From: an uncultured Prevotella sp. | Lineage (GTDB): Bacteria; Bacteroidota; Bacteroidia; Bacteroidales; Bacteroidaceae | Reading direction: 5' to 3' | Length of the DNA: 64,000 nt | Assembly (NCBI GenBank): GCA_944319815.1 | Contig: CALUEX010000050.1 | Coordinates: 13,372 to 77,371 of the forward strand | In this document: positions 60,687 to 64,000 of the stretch, piece by piece | Position numbering within the stretch: the first letter of the stretch is position 1 | Layout: the number at the start of each line of letters is the position of its first letter | Position numbers and translations under genes: made by a program | The notes under the pieces: generated by a model | Databases searched by the model: none | Told to the model about the DNA's origin: nothing | Seen by the model: the letters and a program-made list of their open reading frames with translations, nothing else

Positions 60687-63662
60687 ATGGAGATAATACT
60701 GCAAAAAGAATTACCCCATCAGCAAAATGCGGTGAATGCCGTATGCAAAGTGTTTGACGAGGTGGAACTTTACGGGCCAAAGGCGTATTACGAGAACCCA
60801 ACAATAAGCCATGACAGGCCAAGGATAGCTGCCAACATAGCGAAAGTGCAACGAGATATGGGCATACCGGCAGAGCATAAAGGCATAGGCCTGTCTGACG
60901 GCTGCCTTAACCTTGACGTCAAGATGGAAACGGGCACGGGCAAGACCTACGTCTACACGCACACAATATATGAACTAAACCGCCTCCACGGCTTCAACAA
61001 GTTCATCATTGCCGTACCTTCACTCGCAATAAAGGCGGGCACAGGACAATTCATCAGTGACACTTACGTTAGGCGACACTTCCGTGACGCTTGCGGATAT
61101 GGCACCGAGATAGAACTCGGTGTGCTTGAACCCGTGAAGAAAAAGAAGAAAGGACATTCGTATTTCCCGACTGTAGTTGCCGAGTTCGTTAAAGGGTCGT
61201 GCCGCAACAGCCACAAGATATATGTGCTGCTCGTAAATATGCAGATGATGAAAGTGGCAGCAAACTATATGTTAAGCCGCAACGACTACGACTTTGGCGT
61301 GGAAGGATTTTACCGCCCGTTCGACGCACTGCGTGCCACCAAGCCCATAGTCATCATAGACGAGCCTCATAGATTTTCGCGCGACCAAAAGGCCTACAAG
61401 GTGATTTTAAGCGAGATACAGCCACAGTGCATAATACGCTACGGGGCAACGTTCCCTGATACAGTCATTGGAAAAGGCAAGAACAAGACGAGCGTGAAAG
61501 ACTACCAAAATCTACTTTATGACCTGAACGCCTGTATGGCATTCAACAAAGGACTCATAAAGGGGGTGGCGAAAGAACATTTCGAGCCTGTGTCAGGAAA
61601 GGATGAAAGAGTGAAAATCACATCGGTGGAGAACAAGGAATGCGTACACCTGAGATACGAGAAAGCCGACGCCACCACACGCACCTACACACTGCACACA
61701 GGAGACCCGCTATCGGTTATAACGCCCGACTTCGAGGGGATAACGATAAATGCGGTTGGGACGTCAACTGTTGAGTTCTCTAACGGCATGGTGAAGAACC
61801 AAGGCGAGGAACTAAACGTTGACGTCTACATGAGTTCTTACCAAGAACAAATGTTGCGCCTTGCCCTTGAACGACACTTCGAAACTGAAAGAAAGAACTT
61901 CTGCGAACGCAAGTTCAAGATAAAGACGCTGGCCCTTTTCTTCATAGACGACATATCATCTTACCGTAAAGATAATGACGGGAAAACGCCATACCTGCGC
62001 GAATCGTTTGAACGCCTGTTAAAAGAAAAGCTAAAAGACGTCATAGCCTCATTAAGCGACAACGAAAAAGAATACCGCGAATACCTCAAGGCCAGCCTTG
62101 ACAACATAAGTGCCTGCCACGGAGGATATTTTGCACAAGACAACAGTGACACGGACGAGGCCGTAGCAAATGAAGTGAACATCATACTACGAGGTAAAAA
62201 ACAGCTGCTGTCGTTCGTAAATGAAGACGGCACACCGAACACACTACGTTTCCTGTTCTCGAAGTGGACGCTGAAAGAGGGATGGGATAATCCCAACGTG
62301 TTCACTATCACGAAGCTGCGCTCGAGCGGAAGCGAGATAAGCAAGTTGCAGGAAGTAGGTCGCGGACTGCGCCTACCGGTGGACGAGAACGGCAACCGAA
62401 TATCAAACGAGGAATTTATGTTGAACTACATCGTTGACTTCAACGAAAGAAAGTTTGCGGAAGAACTTGTAAACGAAATAAACAACGAGGTGCCTGAAGC
62501 CATCCACATAAGCGAAGAAAAACTAATAAGCGTGGCTCAAGCCTTAGGCATTTCCGACGATGAACTGTTTGAGGAACTTTGTTTCAAGAAGCATTACATC
62601 GACAGGCACTATAAAATCATACCCGAATATCGCGAGGCTTTGTTTGAGGAATATCCTCAATTCAAGGCTGGCATAGACCAAAGCAAGGTAAAAGACCGCA
62701 ACAAGGAAAAGCCACGACAAATAAAAATACGCAAGGCCGCGTATGAGGAGATACGCAGCCTATGGGAAATTTTGAACAAGCGTTATACGTTGTGTTATGA
62801 CAAGGACTTGGACGCATCCATATCAGATGCCGTGCTCGTCATATTGGAAAATGATGGGATATTTACCGATGTAGCCATTAGTAGTAAACGTAATGTTGTT
62901 GTAAGTGACGGAAACACATTATCAGTAAACGTCTCTACGGGAAAAACATATATCATCAACAGGCAAATAGCATACGGCACGTTCTTGAAAAAGATTTCAA
63001 CGACAACGAATATACCGGTCAACGTAATGCATAAAGCATTGGTTGAATATTCAAAACGTCACGGCACAATAGATAAAAAATACTTTAATGAGTTTTCAGT
63101 ATCCACGTTTGAGCGTTGTTTCAACTCATGGAAGGCGAAAAACCTGCAGGGAAGATTTAACTATGCCCGCAGCACTGCACCAATAGGAGGAACGGCACTG
63201 TCGTACCCTGACGGGACACCACGTGAGGACATCGCACAAGGAAGGATTGGCACGAAGATTGTACCGGGAACTCCAAGCGCAAAATACCTGTATGACACGT
63301 ATGCTTACGACTCACCCTTAGAACGCGACAACATCACGTCAGACATTGATGAAGTCATAGTCTACGGTAAAATCCCGAGGTCGAGCATCGCCATACCCGT
63401 AATCTCCGGTGGAACATACAGCCCTGATTTCATGTACGTAGTGAAGCGAGCAAACGGAGAAAAAGAGATAAACATTGTGGTCGAAACAAAGGATGTGGAG
63501 AACAAGACGGAATTGAGGGAAGAGGAACAAATCAAGATTGGTTGTGCCAAGGTATTCTTTGATATGCTTAAAAAAGACGGTTTCCAAGTACAATTCCACC
63601 CCCAACTCAACAACAAGAAAATGGCGCAGATAATCAAAGACGCATTAAGAATTGAGAACTAA
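60687..63662 (+). CDS. res: Type III restriction endonuclease/helicase subunit
   Basis: LPHQ, DVKMETGTGKT, IIDEPH, LKEGWDNPNVF, QEVGRGLRL, YSPDF...VETK PD-(D/E)xK; ATG 60687. Confidence 0.94.
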   Translation: MEIILQKELPHQQNAVNAVCKVFDEVELYGPKAYYENPTISHDRPRIAANIAKVQRDMGIPAEHKGIGLSDGCLNLDVKMETGTGKTYVYTHTIYELNRLHGFNKFIIAVPSLAIKAGTGQFISDTYVRRHFRDACGYGTEIELGVLEPVKKKKKGHSYFPTVVAEFVKGSCRNSHKIYVLLVNMQMMKVAANYMLSRNDYDFGVEGFYRPFDALRATKPIVIIDEPHRFSRDQKAYKVILSEIQPQCIIRYGATFPDTVIGKGKNKTSVKDYQNLLYDLNACMAFNKGLIKGVAKEHFEPVSGKDERVKITSVENKECVHLRYEKADATTRTYTLHTGDPLSVITPDFEGITINAVGTSTVEFSNGMVKNQGEELNVDVYMSSYQEQMLRLALERHFETERKNFCERKFKIKTLALFFIDDISSYRKDNDGKTPYLRESFERLLKEKLKDVIASLSDNEKEYREYLKASLDNISACHGGYFAQDNSDTDEAVANEVNIILRGKKQLLSFVNEDGTPNTLRFLFSKWTLKEGWDNPNVFTITKLRSSGSEISKLQEVGRGLRLPVDENGNRISNEEFMLNYIVDFNERKFAEELVNEINNEVPEAIHISEEKLISVAQALGISDDELFEELCFKKHYIDRHYKIIPEYREALFEEYPQFKAGIDQSKVKDRNKEKPRQIKIRKAAYEEIRSLWEILNKRYTLCYDKDLDASISDAVLVILENDGIFTDVAISSKRNVVVSDGNTLSVNVSTGKTYIINRQIAYGTFLKKISTTTNIPVNVMHKALVEYSKRHGTIDKKYFNEFSVSTFERCFNSWKAKNLQGRFNYARSTAPIGGTALSYPDGTPREDIAQGRIGTKIVPGTPSAKYLYDTYAYDSPLERDNITSDIDEVIVYGKIPRSSIAIPVISGGTYSPDFMYVVKRANGEKEINIVVETKDVENKTELREEEQIKIGCAKVFFDMLKKDGFQVQFHPQLNNKKMAQIIKDALRIEN

Positions 63663-63694
63663 CAGTAAACATTTGTACGATAATAAATCATGAT

Positions 63695-63735
63695 AAAGTC
63701 GGCATCAGGGCATATAATATCCTGATGCCGACTTT
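63695..63735. terminator. Terminator after res
   Basis: AAAGTCGGCATCAGG / CCTGATGCCGACTTT 15-bp IR followed by T-rich sequence. Confidence 0.82.
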
Positions 63736-63781
63736 ATTTATTCGGCAAATTTTATCATCTCTATAAATAAATATCAATAGT

Positions 63782-64000
63782 TTACAGATAAAATTCCTCA
63801 GTAAGCCTTGAATACCATGCGGAGCGCGTCATGTCGGCATTATTCAGGCATTCCTTGGCTTCCTCAAAACAAGGCGACGGTTGCTTGCCGTATTCTAAAA
63901 GGCAGCGGCTAACGGACTTATGCGGAACAGTCTTGACCATACACGCACGGCGTGGAAACAGTCCAGACAAGGCCGCCTCGCCATCGAACTCACGACGCAC
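63782..64000 (-). CDS. Probable C-terminal end of a gene cut by the window edge (unknown product)
   Basis: The only minus-strand frame open from the edge to a stop at 63782; convergent with res around a shared terminator. Confidence 0.4.
   Translation of the reverse strand: MRREFDGEAALSGLFPRRACMVKTVPHKSVSRCLLEYGKQPSPCFEEAKECLNNADMTRSAWYSRLTEEFYL

Overview
Chromosomal segment from a Bacteroidales bacterium. It is Prevotella-like, judged by gene content and order, TAnnTTTG -7 promoters and intergenic repeat style. The backbone is housekeeping: an aromatic amino acid operon (pheA, aminotransferase, DAHP synthase-chorismate mutase, tyrA), a 4-subunit 2-oxoacid:ferredoxin oxidoreductase, folD, ffh, GDP-fucose genes, xylAB, aspS, pyrG-yidC, lpxD-lpxC/fabZ-lpxA-miaA, PBP1A, a PIF1-like helicase and a type III restriction-modification pair. 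The most notable accessory element is a ~9 kb RiPP-like locus at 18054-27059. It contains a transmembrane TPR/HTH regulator, a DUF3244-like protein, a 67-aa double-glycine precursor with a 7-Cys core, a radical SAM/SPASM maturase, an outer-membrane barrel, a C39 peptidase ABC exporter and a 61-aa HlyD N-terminal fragment. Three elements are absent from, or not obvious in, the ORF track: a 25-codon Phe/Tyr-rich leader peptide with a terminator/antiterminator switch upstream of pheA, a 59-aa TPR mini-protein coupled to folD, and a CopA-like ATPase whose nucleotide-binding (N) domain is replaced by a 19-aa linker. Several families of dispersed intergenic repeats are present. No tRNA, rRNA, CRISPR array or transposase was recognised. 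All product calls come from motifs and recalled family resemblance, without database searches.
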